A stretch of 64,000 nucleotides of DNA from an uncultured Gammaproteobacteria bacterium (GTDB taxonomy: Bacteria > Pseudomonadota > Gammaproteobacteria > Poriferisulfidales > GCA-002705445), in NCBI GenBank assembly GCA_913031205.1, contig CAJWEM010000001.1, forward strand, positions 32,723 through 96,722. Direction: 5' to 3'. The number at the start of each line of letters is the position of its first letter. Positions within the stretch are counted from its first letter, which is position 1. Shown here one piece after another: positions 31,891-42,068 of the stretch. Both the position numbers and the translations under genes were made by a program. The notes beneath the pieces were generated by a model. It saw only the letters and a list, made by a program, of their open reading frames with translations, was not told the DNA's origin and ran no database searches.

Positions 31891-32886
31891 TTAGGTTTGC
31901 TCCGGTTGTGCGTGGAGAATTACTGGTTTAAATTCAGTTAGAACTTTAATTCTGTCAAGAGCTAATCTAAGTTCTCCTATATTATTGACTGACGTAAACC
32001 CAGTTTCTCTAATTACATCTTGATATGATGACGCGGTATCTCCAAATATTATAATTTCATCGTCTTTTATAAGACTTCTAATTTTTCTTAATTCGTTTGG
32101 CAAAAACTGCTGATTGCCATTTGGGTCTACGACCACCATTAGCAAATCACATCTTCCTTGTTCATAGCTAAACAAAACCTCGTCTGCTGAAGTTGAAGTG
32201 CCCACATAAATTGGCATCCATTCAGAGTCTTCGCAAACAAGGCATAATCTTAGCATACTTAAATTATCATTATGTGAAATTGGTGAAATTATTAGTATCT
32301 TATTATTAAGAGGTTTTTTTACTTTGCTTGAATTAATTAAAAGAAAAGATTTCATTAATTCAACCACAAATTTTTCTTGAGATTGTCTAAACGATCCAAG
32401 TTTACACTCATCTCTTACGTGTTGAATTAAAGGAGCGAATAAGTCTTCGAGTAAAAAAACTGGACCAAGCTCCTTGTAAGCGATTTCAAAAAGTTGAATT
32501 AATTTTGTAGCATCTAATTCTCTTATGGCTTCAATTGATCCATCGAAGTGTTCCATTACAGATCCAGTGCTTGGTCTATTTGTCAAAGATGTTTTTACAA
32601 TGGTAGCTGATTCATCTGACTCAATTAAATCTTCTAGGTTTTGTATATTTAATTTTGCTATATCACCAATTCTTCTGCCTCCACTTATAATTCTCTGAAG
32701 GAGCATTAATTTTTTTACATCGTTATCTGAATAAAGTCTTCTTCCATTAGAGCTTCTTGTTGGTTTTACTGCTTTATAACGACGCTCCCATGCCCTAATG
32801 ACATCTGTGCTGAGGCCAGTTCTTCTAGATACTATTTGTATAGGGTGTTTTGTTTCACTCATTATTACTCTCTCTGTTATAATCAA
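31891..32886 (-). CDS. MerR-type HTH regulator with large C-terminal sensor-like domain (331 aa)
   Basis: The N-terminus has a MerR HTH (IQIVSRRTGLSTDVIRAWERRYKAV). The ~250-aa C-terminal domain is unassigned. Its stop overlaps the fabA start, indicating an operon. Confidence 0.65.
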   Translation of the reverse strand: MIITERVIMSETKHPIQIVSRRTGLSTDVIRAWERRYKAVKPTRSSNGRRLYSDNDVKKLMLLQRIISGGRRIGDIAKLNIQNLEDLIESDESATIVKTSLTNRPSTGSVMEHFDGSIEAIRELDATKLIQLFEIAYKELGPVFLLEDLFAPLIQHVRDECKLGSFRQSQEKFVVELMKSFLLINSSKVKKPLNNKILIISPISHNDNLSMLRLCLVCEDSEWMPIYVGTSTSADEVLFSYEQGRCDLLMVVVDPNGNQQFLPNELRKIRSLIKDDEIIIFGDTASSYQDVIRETGFTSVNNIGELRLALDRIKVLTEFKPVILHAQPEQT

Positions 32887-33133
32887 CTGTGTTGAAGTTT
32901 AGAAACCTACGGCTAAAGAGTGTACATAATATAAACATTGAACAAATTTCTATTGTTATACCTTTGTTCAACTATATGTCAACCTTCTGTTATAGATAAT
33001 AGCTAAATTTTTGTCATTTGTAAAGTTATTGTCCATAACAATAGGTAAATAAAAATGTAAAAAAGTATTTTCTTTCTTTATAGGTTTGCTATACTGACTT
33101 GGTACTTTTCATTCATTCTGTAAGGAGGACGTA

Positions 33134-34285
33134 ATGAAAAAATTTTTAATAAACGCTAGATACTATCTGGCACCACTATTGATCTTTGCATCGCTTTTCG
33201 GTGTGATCGCAGGTGGACCATGGGTATGGACAGGTGTATTTTTACTTGGTGTAGGTATCATCGTTGATACTATCACTCCTGCTCAAACTATGGGTGCTGG
33301 ATTTGACGAAAATGGTGATACAAACGGAAATCCAACATTGTTAAACATAACAATGTATGCAATGTTAGCTGTATTCGTAATGATACAAATAGCAATCGCT
33401 TGGAGAATTTTTCAATACGTAAATGGTATTGAATATACAGGTGCAACAGCTTCATTCTTAGGAATGACTTATTACACAGGTATTACAGGAGCACAGTTAG
33501 TTGGTGCTGTCGTATCTTCAGGTATATTTGCAGGTATTGGAATCATCTATGGTCACGAACTTGCCCACACAAAAGGGTTCAGTTTCTTAATCGCTAGATG
33601 GATGATGGCATTAAGTGGATCAGCACATTTCTGTTACGCGCACGTATACAACCACCACTTAGAGTTAGGATGTGAAAACGATCCTGCAACAGCTCCAAGA
33701 GGAAGAAGTATATATGCACATTTACCTAAATCGCATTTTGGACAAAGTAAATTCCTATACACAATGGAAAAACAACGTCTAAAAAGATTAGGTGTGCCTT
33801 TCCTATCATGGCAAAACAGATGGATTAGAGGTTATGCAATGTCATTACCTACAATCGCACTATTCTGGTATGCAGGTGCATGGACAGGTATAGCATGTAT
33901 GGCACTAATATGGTTAATTTCTAACTTTGAGCTAGAAGCATTAAACTACTTAGAGCACTACGGCTTGATCAGAGAAACTGGTTCGCCAATCGACTACAGA
34001 CACAGCTGGGATAATTCAACATTATTCACAAGCTGGTTCTTCATCGAAATTGGTAGACAGGCTGATCATCACGACAGAGGTGAAACTCACTTCTGGGAGT
34101 TAGATGAAGTAGGAGCGCCAAACTGTGGTAATGGTTACTTTACATTATTCGCAATGGCTCTAATACCACCTTTATTCCACAAATACATGAATGAGCAATT
34201 AGCTAAGTGGGACGAAGAAGAAGCTTCAGAAGGCGAACTAAAAATCGCTGGCGAGATGAACAAGATCGCTGGTTATACTGGTTAA
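33134..34285 (+). CDS. AlkB-family integral-membrane non-heme di-iron hydroxylase (alkane-1-monooxygenase-like)
   Basis: 383 aa with multiple TM helices. Histidine boxes are HELAHTK, HVYNHH and ADHHDRG. The AlkB/XylM-specific NYLEHYGL motif is also present. Confidence 0.75.
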   Translation: MKKFLINARYYLAPLLIFASLFGVIAGGPWVWTGVFLLGVGIIVDTITPAQTMGAGFDENGDTNGNPTLLNITMYAMLAVFVMIQIAIAWRIFQYVNGIEYTGATASFLGMTYYTGITGAQLVGAVVSSGIFAGIGIIYGHELAHTKGFSFLIARWMMALSGSAHFCYAHVYNHHLELGCENDPATAPRGRSIYAHLPKSHFGQSKFLYTMEKQRLKRLGVPFLSWQNRWIRGYAMSLPTIALFWYAGAWTGIACMALIWLISNFELEALNYLEHYGLIRETGSPIDYRHSWDNSTLFTSWFFIEIGRQADHHDRGETHFWELDEVGAPNCGNGYFTLFAMALIPPLFHKYMNEQLAKWDEEEASEGELKIAGEMNKIAGYTG

Positions 34286-34313
34286 CCTTAGAAGTTTATT
34301 TAGTTATATCAAA

Positions 34314-34341
34314 AACGCCCCCTAAAAAGGGCGTTTTTTTT
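34314..34341 (+). terminator. Rho-independent terminator after the alkB-like gene
   Basis: AACGCCC-cctaaaaa-GGGCGTT stem-loop followed by T8. An A-run precedes it, so it could act bidirectionally. Confidence 0.75.
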
Positions 34342-34387
34342 ATGAAATAGATATATAATAAAAAGAGATAATAACAAGGAAATAAAT

Positions 34388-35341
34388 ATGTTTAAAAGTC
34401 TGAGTGGTTCAAGAAAATTCTTATTAGTAATTCTATTAATGGTCGCAGTATTTTCTGCAGTATCAGCATACAATAAAGAGCCTTACACCGAAGGTATCTT
34501 TTGGCAAGTAAGCAAAGACGGTGAAGTCCTGGGTCATATATACGGAACAATCCATATGAATGACGAAAAGGTAACAAGAATTGATAAAAGTGTAATGAAT
34601 ATATTTGATAACTCTGTAGGTTATTCAATAGAAGCATTTCCAAGCAGTCATTTATGGAATCCCTATCATGGTTTTGAAAACATTAAAAAAAGAATGATGT
34701 TTAGTGGCGGAAAAACATTGGCAGATGTAGCAGGTGAAAAAACTGCAAAAGATGTTTTTCAAATACTAACAAAAAATGGTGTGAGCAAAGAATATGCTAC
34801 AAAAATTAAACCATGGGCTGCAATGTTTAGTATATCTGCTAAATCAAAGCATACTGGCCCAATTGTTGACCATAAGCTTTTAGACTTAGCAAGCATTCAA
34901 GAAAAAGAGATTTATCAAATTGAATCTCCTGAGGAACTTCTTGCTGCTTTTTATGCAATGCCAATGGATTCTCAAGTAGCTTTGTTAAAATCTAAAATAA
35001 AATATTTTCCTGAAATTCAAGAAACTTTAGATAGTATGTTAGCAGCCTACCTTGACGAGGATCTTCAAGCGCTAATGGATGCCAGCACAAATTTTGTTGA
35101 CAAAAATGATCAAACCATGAAAAAGCATCTAGATATCTACCTGAAACATTCAGTTTACAATAGGAATCATGTTATGGCTCACTACATGCTTCTACCTTTT
35201 TTATATGGCCTAGATAGATATAAAGGACAAGGTGGAACATTTGTGTGTATAGGCGCCCTTCACTTATTAGGTAAAAAAGGTGTTTTGTATCTGCTTGAGA
35301 ATCAATATGGTTTTGACATAAAAAGGATAAAAATTAAATAA
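34388..35341 (+). CDS. TraB/GumN-family protein with signal peptide
   Basis: 317 aa. Hydrophobic N-terminus. The FWQVSKDGEVLGHIYGTIHM motif is typical of the GumN/TraB family. Confidence 0.6.
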   Translation: MFKSLSGSRKFLLVILLMVAVFSAVSAYNKEPYTEGIFWQVSKDGEVLGHIYGTIHMNDEKVTRIDKSVMNIFDNSVGYSIEAFPSSHLWNPYHGFENIKKRMMFSGGKTLADVAGEKTAKDVFQILTKNGVSKEYATKIKPWAAMFSISAKSKHTGPIVDHKLLDLASIQEKEIYQIESPEELLAAFYAMPMDSQVALLKSKIKYFPEIQETLDSMLAAYLDEDLQALMDASTNFVDKNDQTMKKHLDIYLKHSVYNRNHVMAHYMLLPFLYGLDRYKGQGGTFVCIGALHLLGKKGVLYLLENQYGFDIKRIKIK

Positions 35342-35441
35342 AATAATTTTTTATTACGCTTAGACTATTTTCATAATTTCACAAAAACTAAAAAAAAAGC
35401 AGTCCTTTGCTAGGGGATCATCTAGGAGTCAGATCAAAACT

Positions 35442-36608
35442 TTACCAGCTTAATGCGCCACCAGTTTGGTACTCAGTAACCCTTGTTTCAAAAAAGTTCT
35501 TCTCTTTTTTAAGATCAAGAACTTCTGACATCCATGGGAATGGGTTTTTAGCATTTTTAAATTCCTCAGGCAATCCAATCTGAGTTAAACGTCTATTTGC
35601 TATATACTTTAAGTATTCTTCAAACATTGGAGCATTTAATCCTAATATACCTCTAGGCATTGTGTCATAAGCATATTTAGTCTCTAACTCAACACCCTCA
35701 AGAATCAACTTAACCATGTCTTTCTTAAAATCATCACTCCATAAGTGTGGATTTTCTAGCTTGATTTGGTTTATTACATCTATACCAAAGTTCATGTGCA
35801 TAGATTCGTCTCTTAAAATATATTGAAATTGTTCAGCGACTCCTGTCATTTTATTTCTTCTGCCCATAGAAAGAATTTGTGTGAAGCCAACATAGAAGAA
35901 TATTCCTTCGAAAACAACATAGAATGCAATAAGGTCTCTTAATAATCGCTGGTCATTTTCCTGGGTACCTGTTTTAAAGTTAATATCTCCCAGACTTTGA
36001 GTATAAGGCAAAGCCCATTGTGCTTTTGTGGCCACTGATGGAATTTCTCTATACATATTAAACAAACGGCTTTCATCCATACCAAGGGATTCAATACAAT
36101 ACTGATATGCATGTGTATGAATTGCCTCTTCAAAAGCTTGTCTTAATAAATACTGTCTGCACTCAGGGTTTGTAATGTGTTTGTAAACAGCAAGAACTAA
36201 ATTATTTGCTACTAAAGAATCTGCGGTGGAGAAGAAACCTAAATTCCTCTCAATTACCATTCTCTCATCATCAGTTAGCCCATCTTCACTTTTCCATAGG
36301 GCAATATCAGCTGTCATATTAACTTCTTGTGGCATCCAATGATTATTACATGCTGATAAATACTTACTCCAAGCCCAGTCGTATTTAAAAGGAACGAGCT
36401 GGTTTAAGTCAGCTCTGCAGTTTATTATCTTTTTATCATCAACCTGAATCCTTCCTGCCCCAGTCTCAATATCCTCAAACCCTGTTAATCCAGCTTCTGC
36501 TGAATGCTCAGCAACATTAGCTTGAGCCTGTTCTGGTTCCTTTTTAACTTCTTCCTTTTTAATAGGTTCTAGCGTCTGTGCTATTGGATCGTCCCATATT
36601 GATGACAT
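35442..36608 (-). CDS. nrdB: ribonucleotide reductase class Ia beta subunit
   Basis: 388 aa with di-iron/tyrosyl radical motifs ([22 protein letters not shown]). Confidence 0.92.
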   Translation of the reverse strand: MSSIWDDPIAQTLEPIKKEEVKKEPEQAQANVAEHSAEAGLTGFEDIETGAGRIQVDDKKIINCRADLNQLVPFKYDWAWSKYLSACNNHWMPQEVNMTADIALWKSEDGLTDDERMVIERNLGFFSTADSLVANNLVLAVYKHITNPECRQYLLRQAFEEAIHTHAYQYCIESLGMDESRLFNMYREIPSVATKAQWALPYTQSLGDINFKTGTQENDQRLLRDLIAFYVVFEGIFFYVGFTQILSMGRRNKMTGVAEQFQYILRDESMHMNFGIDVINQIKLENPHLWSDDFKKDMVKLILEGVELETKYAYDTMPRGILGLNAPMFEEYLKYIANRRLTQIGLPEEFKNAKNPFPWMSEVLDLKKEKNFFETRVTEYQTGGALSW

Positions 36609-36627
36609 AATTTTACTCCTAAAGTTC

Positions 36628-39498
36628 TTACTGACATGCTTCGCAGTCAGGGTCTAATATCGAGCATGTGCTCGGTTCATTTTCATTATCGACAGCATTC
36701 AACTTGCCATCGGCCATTGTGCTCTTTTCAACATGGGTAGCTCCCATGGTTCTTAAATAATAGGTTGTTTTAAGACCTCGTACCCAAGCCAACTTATAAA
36801 GATTATCTAATTTAGGCCCAGAGGGTTCAGCCATATAAAGGTTTAAAGATTGGCCTTGGTCAATCCACTTTTGTCTTCTAGAAGCAGCCTCAATTAACCA
36901 TCTTGCATCTAGCTCAAACGCAGTAGAATATAGATCTTTTAAGTCCGCGGGAATTCTATCTATCGATTTGAGACTTCCATCAAAATACTTTAAATCATTT
37001 ACCATTACTTCATCCCAAAGACCTTTCTTCTTTAAGTCATCAACTAAAGATAAGTTTATGACAGTAAATTCTCCGGATAGGTTTGATTTAACATATAAAT
37101 TTTGGTAAGTGGGCTCAATGCTCTGAGTTACTCCAGTAATATTAGAAATCGTCGCCGTTGGGGCTATCGCCATTGTGTTTGAATTACGCATACCGACTGA
37201 CTTGATTCTTTCTCGAAGTGATGCCCAGTCCAAGTTTTTAGATTTATCTACTGAGATATATTTTTCTCTTTCTTGTTCTAAAAGTTCTATTGAGTCAATT
37301 GGAAGAATACCTTGAGACCATAATGAGCCATTGTAAGATTCATAAGTGCCTCTCTCTTCAGACAAGTTTGTTGATGCTTTAATAGCAAAGTAGCTTATGT
37401 ATTCCATTGATTCGTCAGCGAACTTAATAGCTTCCTCGCTAGAGTATGGGATAGATAATTTATAGAGGGCATCTTGAAAACCCATCAACCCTAAACCAAC
37501 AGGTCTGTGCTTTGCATTCGAATTTTGAGCCTTATCAACGCTATAATAATTATAGTCAATAACATTATCTAACATTCGCATTGCTGTATTGATTGTTTTT
37601 TCCAGCTTGTCTACCATTATTCCATTTTCATCAACATGAGCAGCAATGTTGACTGATCCTAAATTACAAACAGCTATTTCTTCGTCAGATGTATTCAAGG
37701 TAATTTCGGTGCATAGGTTAGAGGAGTGTACAACGCCTGCATGAGATTGAGGAGATCTGATATTACATGGATCTTTAAATGTTACCCAAGGGTGACCGGT
37801 TTCGAACAACATTCCAAGCATTTTTTTCCAAAGATCTAGTGCATCAACTTCTTTAAACTTTTTAATTTCTCCAGACTTAACTTTACCTTCATACTCTTCA
37901 TATTTTTTCTCGAATTCTTTTCCTGAAAGCTCATGTAACTCAGGCACCTCATCCGGGGAGAAAAGGGTCCATTGTTTTTCTTCAACTACTCTTTTCATAA
38001 ATAGGTCAGGTATCCAGTTAGCAGTATTCATGTCGTGAGTTCTTCTTCTATCATCACCAGTATTTTTCCTTAGATCTAAAAACTCTTCGACATCAAGATG
38101 CCATGTCTCTAGGTAAGCACACATAGCTCCTTTTCTTTTTCCACCTTGGTTAACAGCTACAGCGGTGTCATTGGCAACTTTCAAAAATGGTACTATGCCT
38201 TGTGACTTTCCGTTTGTTCCCTTTATGTGAGTACCCATGCTTCTAACTCTTGACCAATCATTGCCTAAACCGCCAGCAAATTTGGAAAGCATGGCGTCGT
38301 CTGTTATTCCATCAAAGATGCCACGCAGATCATCAGGAATTGTACTTAAGTAACATGATGAGAGCTGCGGGCGTAAAGTTGCGGAGTTAAACAACGTTGG
38401 TGTTGAGCTCATAAAATCAAATGAAGATAAAAGCTTATAGAACTCTATAGCTTTCTCTTCTTTGTTAACCTCGTTATTTGCTAACCCCATTGCTACACGC
38501 ATGAAAAAAGCTTGCGGTAATTCAATTTTAGTATCCTCTGTTTGGATAAAATATCTGTCATATAAAGTTTGAAGTCCTAGATATGTAAATTTCAAATCTC
38601 TCTCTGGCTCAAATGATGCAGCTAAAGTATCTATATTAAATTTATCTACGAGTTCTTTATCTAATAACTCTAATTCACATGCTTTCACTAAATACTTCTT
38701 GAAATAGTCTCCATAAACTTCTTTCATTTGTTTTGAAGTCGCTGATAGGCTCTCCCCATAAATAAACGTTAGAGCTTCTGTTCTTAAATTATCCAGTAAT
38801 AATCTTGCTGTGACGTAGGTGTAATTTGGCTCTCTTTCGATTAAAACTCTTGAAGACATAATCAAAGCAGTTGATACATCATCTTGAGTAATTCCATCAT
38901 ATATATTCTTTTTTAACTCGTTCATAATTGGCTCAGGAGATACGTCATCGATACCAAAGCATGCTTCATTGATTACTACTTCGAGTCTTTTTGTGTCTAG
39001 AGGTGACTTACTTTCTCCACTTGTGACACTAATTTCAACATTGTTATTAATATCCTGAGGCTTTTCTTCAGAAGTCCTCTCCAAATTTCTTTGTTCTCTG
39101 TATAAGACGTAAGATCGTGCAACTTTTTGATGACCATCTCTCATCAAAGCTAATTCTACTTGATCTTGAATATCCTCAATATGAAACGTACCGCCGTCTG
39201 GAATATTTCTTGTTAGACCATTAAAAACGTTATTGCTTAATTTTGAAACAGTCTCATGAATTCTAGATGATGCTGCAGCTTGATTTCCTTCAACTGCTAA
39301 AAAAGCTTTTGTCATAGCAACAGAAATTTTGTCGATATCAAATGAAGCAATACTTCCGTTTCTTCTTACAACTCTATAATTGCCGGGAGCAACCAAGTTA
39401 ATTTCACCCATATCACGGGGACTTTGCATTGCTTCCGATGGTCCTGGAGAAACTGACGATACCCCAAGGCCTAAATCTGACTCGTTATTATTATCCAT
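36628..39498 (-). CDS. nrdA: ribonucleotide reductase class Ia alpha subunit
   Basis: 956 aa with an N-terminal ATP-cone ([20 protein letters not shown]), catalytic Cys/Asn/Glu regions (NLCTEI) and C-terminal redox cysteines (CEAC). Confidence 0.95.
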   Translation of the reverse strand: MDNNNESDLGLGVSSVSPGPSEAMQSPRDMGEINLVAPGNYRVVRRNGSIASFDIDKISVAMTKAFLAVEGNQAAASSRIHETVSKLSNNVFNGLTRNIPDGGTFHIEDIQDQVELALMRDGHQKVARSYVLYREQRNLERTSEEKPQDINNNVEISVTSGESKSPLDTKRLEVVINEACFGIDDVSPEPIMNELKKNIYDGITQDDVSTALIMSSRVLIEREPNYTYVTARLLLDNLRTEALTFIYGESLSATSKQMKEVYGDYFKKYLVKACELELLDKELVDKFNIDTLAASFEPERDLKFTYLGLQTLYDRYFIQTEDTKIELPQAFFMRVAMGLANNEVNKEEKAIEFYKLLSSFDFMSSTPTLFNSATLRPQLSSCYLSTIPDDLRGIFDGITDDAMLSKFAGGLGNDWSRVRSMGTHIKGTNGKSQGIVPFLKVANDTAVAVNQGGKRKGAMCAYLETWHLDVEEFLDLRKNTGDDRRRTHDMNTANWIPDLFMKRVVEEKQWTLFSPDEVPELHELSGKEFEKKYEEYEGKVKSGEIKKFKEVDALDLWKKMLGMLFETGHPWVTFKDPCNIRSPQSHAGVVHSSNLCTEITLNTSDEEIAVCNLGSVNIAAHVDENGIMVDKLEKTINTAMRMLDNVIDYNYYSVDKAQNSNAKHRPVGLGLMGFQDALYKLSIPYSSEEAIKFADESMEYISYFAIKASTNLSEERGTYESYNGSLWSQGILPIDSIELLEQEREKYISVDKSKNLDWASLRERIKSVGMRNSNTMAIAPTATISNITGVTQSIEPTYQNLYVKSNLSGEFTVINLSLVDDLKKKGLWDEVMVNDLKYFDGSLKSIDRIPADLKDLYSTAFELDARWLIEAASRRQKWIDQGQSLNLYMAEPSGPKLDNLYKLAWVRGLKTTYYLRTMGATHVEKSTMADGKLNAVDNENEPSTCSILDPDCEACQ

Positions 39499-39576
39499 TT
39501 TTTCCTTCCATAATATTATTTTTGTTTATTGTTTTTTTGTAATACTACTATAAGATGTGTTTAGTGTTGTAGTCAA

Positions 39577-39592
39577 GCACAATATGCTGTGT
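39577..39592. promoter_or_regulatory. candidate NrdR box upstream of nrdAB
   Basis: gcacaatatgctgtgt matches 13/16 positions of the NrdR box consensus acacaatatattgtgt. It lies ~80 bp upstream of the nrdA start on the transcribed side. Confidence 0.35.
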
Positions 39593-39736
39593 TTAAGCAT
39601 TGTTTAACATGGTTATAAGCTGTGGATAAAGTTTGAGATAAATTACTAAAAAAAGCTTTATGGATAAGGGTTTTGAGCGTTAATATAAGAAAAATACAAT
39701 ATAAATGAATTACTAAGTTTCAAAAAAAAAGATAAA

Positions 39737-40105
39737 ATGGACTTAACTATGAGTGATATCAAGAATATACCGATTAATGCTATTGGAAGTGAAAATAGTG
39801 GTGAGAATTGCGCAGCTAATGAGCCATTTGCTCTTAGAATCCTTGACTCCAGCATGTCTCCAGAATTTGAAATTGATCACATAATCATTATAGACCCAAG
39901 TATAACCCCTAAGAATGGTGATTTTGTGGTATTTGAGACAAATAATAGCATTATAATCAGAGAGATTACGATATCTGATAAAACTGTGCTAAAGGCTTAT
40001 AGTGAGGAATTCCAGGATATAGAAATAGAAGATACAAGCTCTATAATTGGTGTTGTGACCCAAAGATCTGGGAAAAGAAGGAAATATCATAAAAGATATC
40101 ACTAA
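39737..40105 (+). CDS. stand-alone S24 (LexA/UmuD-like) peptidase-domain protein without DNA-binding domain
   Basis: 122 aa. A LexA C-terminal-domain-like stretch FALRILDSSMSPEF (Ser nucleophile context) and a beta-rich core GDFVVFETNNSIIIREI are present. There is no N-terminal HTH. The catalytic Lys position appears substituted. Confidence 0.5.
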   Translation: MDLTMSDIKNIPINAIGSENSGENCAANEPFALRILDSSMSPEFEIDHIIIIDPSITPKNGDFVVFETNNSIIIREITISDKTVLKAYSEEFQDIEIEDTSSIIGVVTQRSGKRRKYHKRYH

Positions 40106-40110
40106 AAAAA

Positions 40111-40132
40111 AAGCGCAGTGGCTCTGCGCTTT
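40111..40132 (+). terminator. Rho-independent terminator
   Basis: Perfect 7-bp stem AGCGCAG/CTGCGCT with a 5-nt loop, followed by TTTT. Located right after the stop of the S24-like gene. Confidence 0.8.
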
Positions 40133-40265
40133 TAAAACCACTCAAGATTAGTGGTTGGAGGAAATCATATATACTTCTATAGGAGGTCGTAATATATATT
40201 AGTATTTTATGATATTATTATATAGATGTCAACATTAATTATACGACTTTTGAAATTATTGAATA

Positions 40266-41429
40266 ATGAAAAATAGTGCTGCTCCATATCGGATTTTAGA
40301 TCCTGACAACTGTGCGATGTGCGGAATGTGTCTAAATCACTGCCCGACTTATAAAATAAGTAATAATGAATCTGAATCCCCCAGAGGTAGAATTTCAATA
40401 ATACACGGCTTAAATGCCTCTCTTCTTGAACCATCAGAATCTGCACTAAAACACATCAACTCTTGTACACTTTGTTTAGCATGTGAATCTGCTTGTCCAG
40501 CAAAAGTTGATTTTTATGGATTGATTACAAAAGCAAGAGATAGATATTTTAAAAAGCAAAAAGTTTCATTTAAACTTAAATCACTATTGATATCGATCTT
40601 TCTAACAAATAAATTATCTAAAAAAATATTAAGCAAGTTATTTTATTTTCTAGAAGAGACATCTATTATGAATTTAGGTTTTTATAACCAGAAAAGAAAC
40701 CTTGTCAATAAATACTCTAAACACGAAATTAAACTGGCAAAAGATAAAATTGGAATTTTCGCAGGTTGCGCTTCTGATATTTTCCAAAAGAATGTAGCAA
40801 ATGATTGTATCGAAGTTTTACAAAAAAATGGAATAGACTCAGAAATTATTCAAAATGTAGAGTGTTGTGGATCTCTTGACTTTAATTCAGGAAGAATAAA
40901 AAAAGGCCTTGAATATAATCAACATGCGAATAATGAATTTTGTAGTGGCAAATATAAAAAAATTATAGGCTATGCAAGTGGGTGTAGTTCATTTATTAAT
41001 AAAAGAAGTAATACTAAAATTTACCAAGATGCAACTTCATTTATTTTAGATTTAATTGAAAATAAAAAAAATGAATTTAAAATAACAAAAAAAAATATTT
41101 GCATACACAGGCCTTGCACTTCAAAGTCTGCAGAAATTGATTTTAAAAAGTTAATAGATATTCTCAAAATAATTCCTGATTTAAATATTTTCACTTTTGA
41201 AGATAATTATTGTTGTGGAGCTGGTGCTCAAAATCTTATTCATAATTCGGAAAACTCGATTAATATTATTAAGCCAAAGATTGAGTTCATTAAATCAAAT
41301 AACATCGACTTGATTCTTACATATAATATCGGATGCTCATTAAATTTTATTAATTCAATAAATATCAATAATATGAAACAAGTTGAAGTTAAACATCCTA
41401 TAACATTTTTAAATGAGAGACTTAAGTAA
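40266..41429 (+). CDS. Fe-S oxidoreductase of GlcF/HdrD/LutA type (2x[4Fe-4S] + 2 CCG domains)
   Basis: 387 aa with CAMCGMCLNHCP and CTLCLACESACP ferredoxin motifs, then two cysteine-rich CCG domains (CCGSLDFNSG, CCGAGAQN). Confidence 0.7.
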   Translation: MKNSAAPYRILDPDNCAMCGMCLNHCPTYKISNNESESPRGRISIIHGLNASLLEPSESALKHINSCTLCLACESACPAKVDFYGLITKARDRYFKKQKVSFKLKSLLISIFLTNKLSKKILSKLFYFLEETSIMNLGFYNQKRNLVNKYSKHEIKLAKDKIGIFAGCASDIFQKNVANDCIEVLQKNGIDSEIIQNVECCGSLDFNSGRIKKGLEYNQHANNEFCSGKYKKIIGYASGCSSFINKRSNTKIYQDATSFILDLIENKKNEFKITKKNICIHRPCTSKSAEIDFKKLIDILKIIPDLNIFTFEDNYCCGAGAQNLIHNSENSINIIKPKIEFIKSNNIDLILTYNIGCSLNFINSININNMKQVEVKHPITFLNERLK

Positions 41430-42062
41430 ATGCGAAATTATTCTGATATCGACAAACTTATTATAAAAGCCGATGAAATATTAAATATTTTTAATATAAA
41501 GAGTTCGGGAAGACCTTACCCTGCAAAGAAAATAGATGATAGTGAACTATCAAAAGAAGATAAAAAATTGGTAACAAATTTAATGCGAGTTAACCACGCC
41601 GGTGAAGTTGCTGCGCAAGGACTATATATTGGTCATGCTTTAGCGGCAAAATCTTCGAGCCAAAGAAAAATGATGTTAGAAATGGCTTCAGAAGAAAAAG
41701 ATCATCTGCTGTGGTGTGAAAAAAGAATAAACGAGCTGGGCGGAAGAGCAAGCGTATTTGACCCAGTTTGGCTTGTTGGCTCAATTGGACTAGGTATTTT
41801 ATCAAGCTTTACAAATGACAGAAATGCTCTTGGTTTTTTAGAGGAGACAGAAATACAGGTTGCTGAGCACCTTCAGTCGCACTTAAAAAGGTTGCCAGAA
41901 AATGATAAAAAAACAAAGATTGTTCTAGAAAAAATGAAGGCAGATGAAGAAAAACATAGCAACACAGCTCATCAATCAGGGGCTCAAGAAATTCCTAAGC
42001 CAATTAAAAAAATTATGGAATACACAGCAAACATTATGAAAGAAGTATCTTTCAGAATTTAA
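41430..42062 (+). CDS. coq7: demethoxyubiquinone hydroxylase, di-iron Coq7 type
   Basis: 210 aa with the ferritin-like signature NHAGEVAAQGLY...EEKDHL...E..H. Confidence 0.8.
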   Translation: MRNYSDIDKLIIKADEILNIFNIKSSGRPYPAKKIDDSELSKEDKKLVTNLMRVNHAGEVAAQGLYIGHALAAKSSSQRKMMLEMASEEKDHLLWCEKRINELGGRASVFDPVWLVGSIGLGILSSFTNDRNALGFLEETEIQVAEHLQSHLKRLPENDKKTKIVLEKMKADEEKHSNTAHQSGAQEIPKPIKKIMEYTANIMKEVSFRI

Positions 42063-42068
42063 AATATT

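Noticed and set aside
35342-35441. Terminator hairpin between convergent TraB/GumN-like gene and nrdB (A-run ... gcagtcctttgctaggggatcatctaggagtc)
   Set aside because: No convincing perfect stem followed by a T-run could be drawn by eye. Left uncalled.
39737-40105. LexA repressor
   Set aside because: Only the S24 peptidase-like domain is present, at 122 aa. There is no N-terminal winged-helix DNA-binding domain, so it cannot be a canonical LexA.
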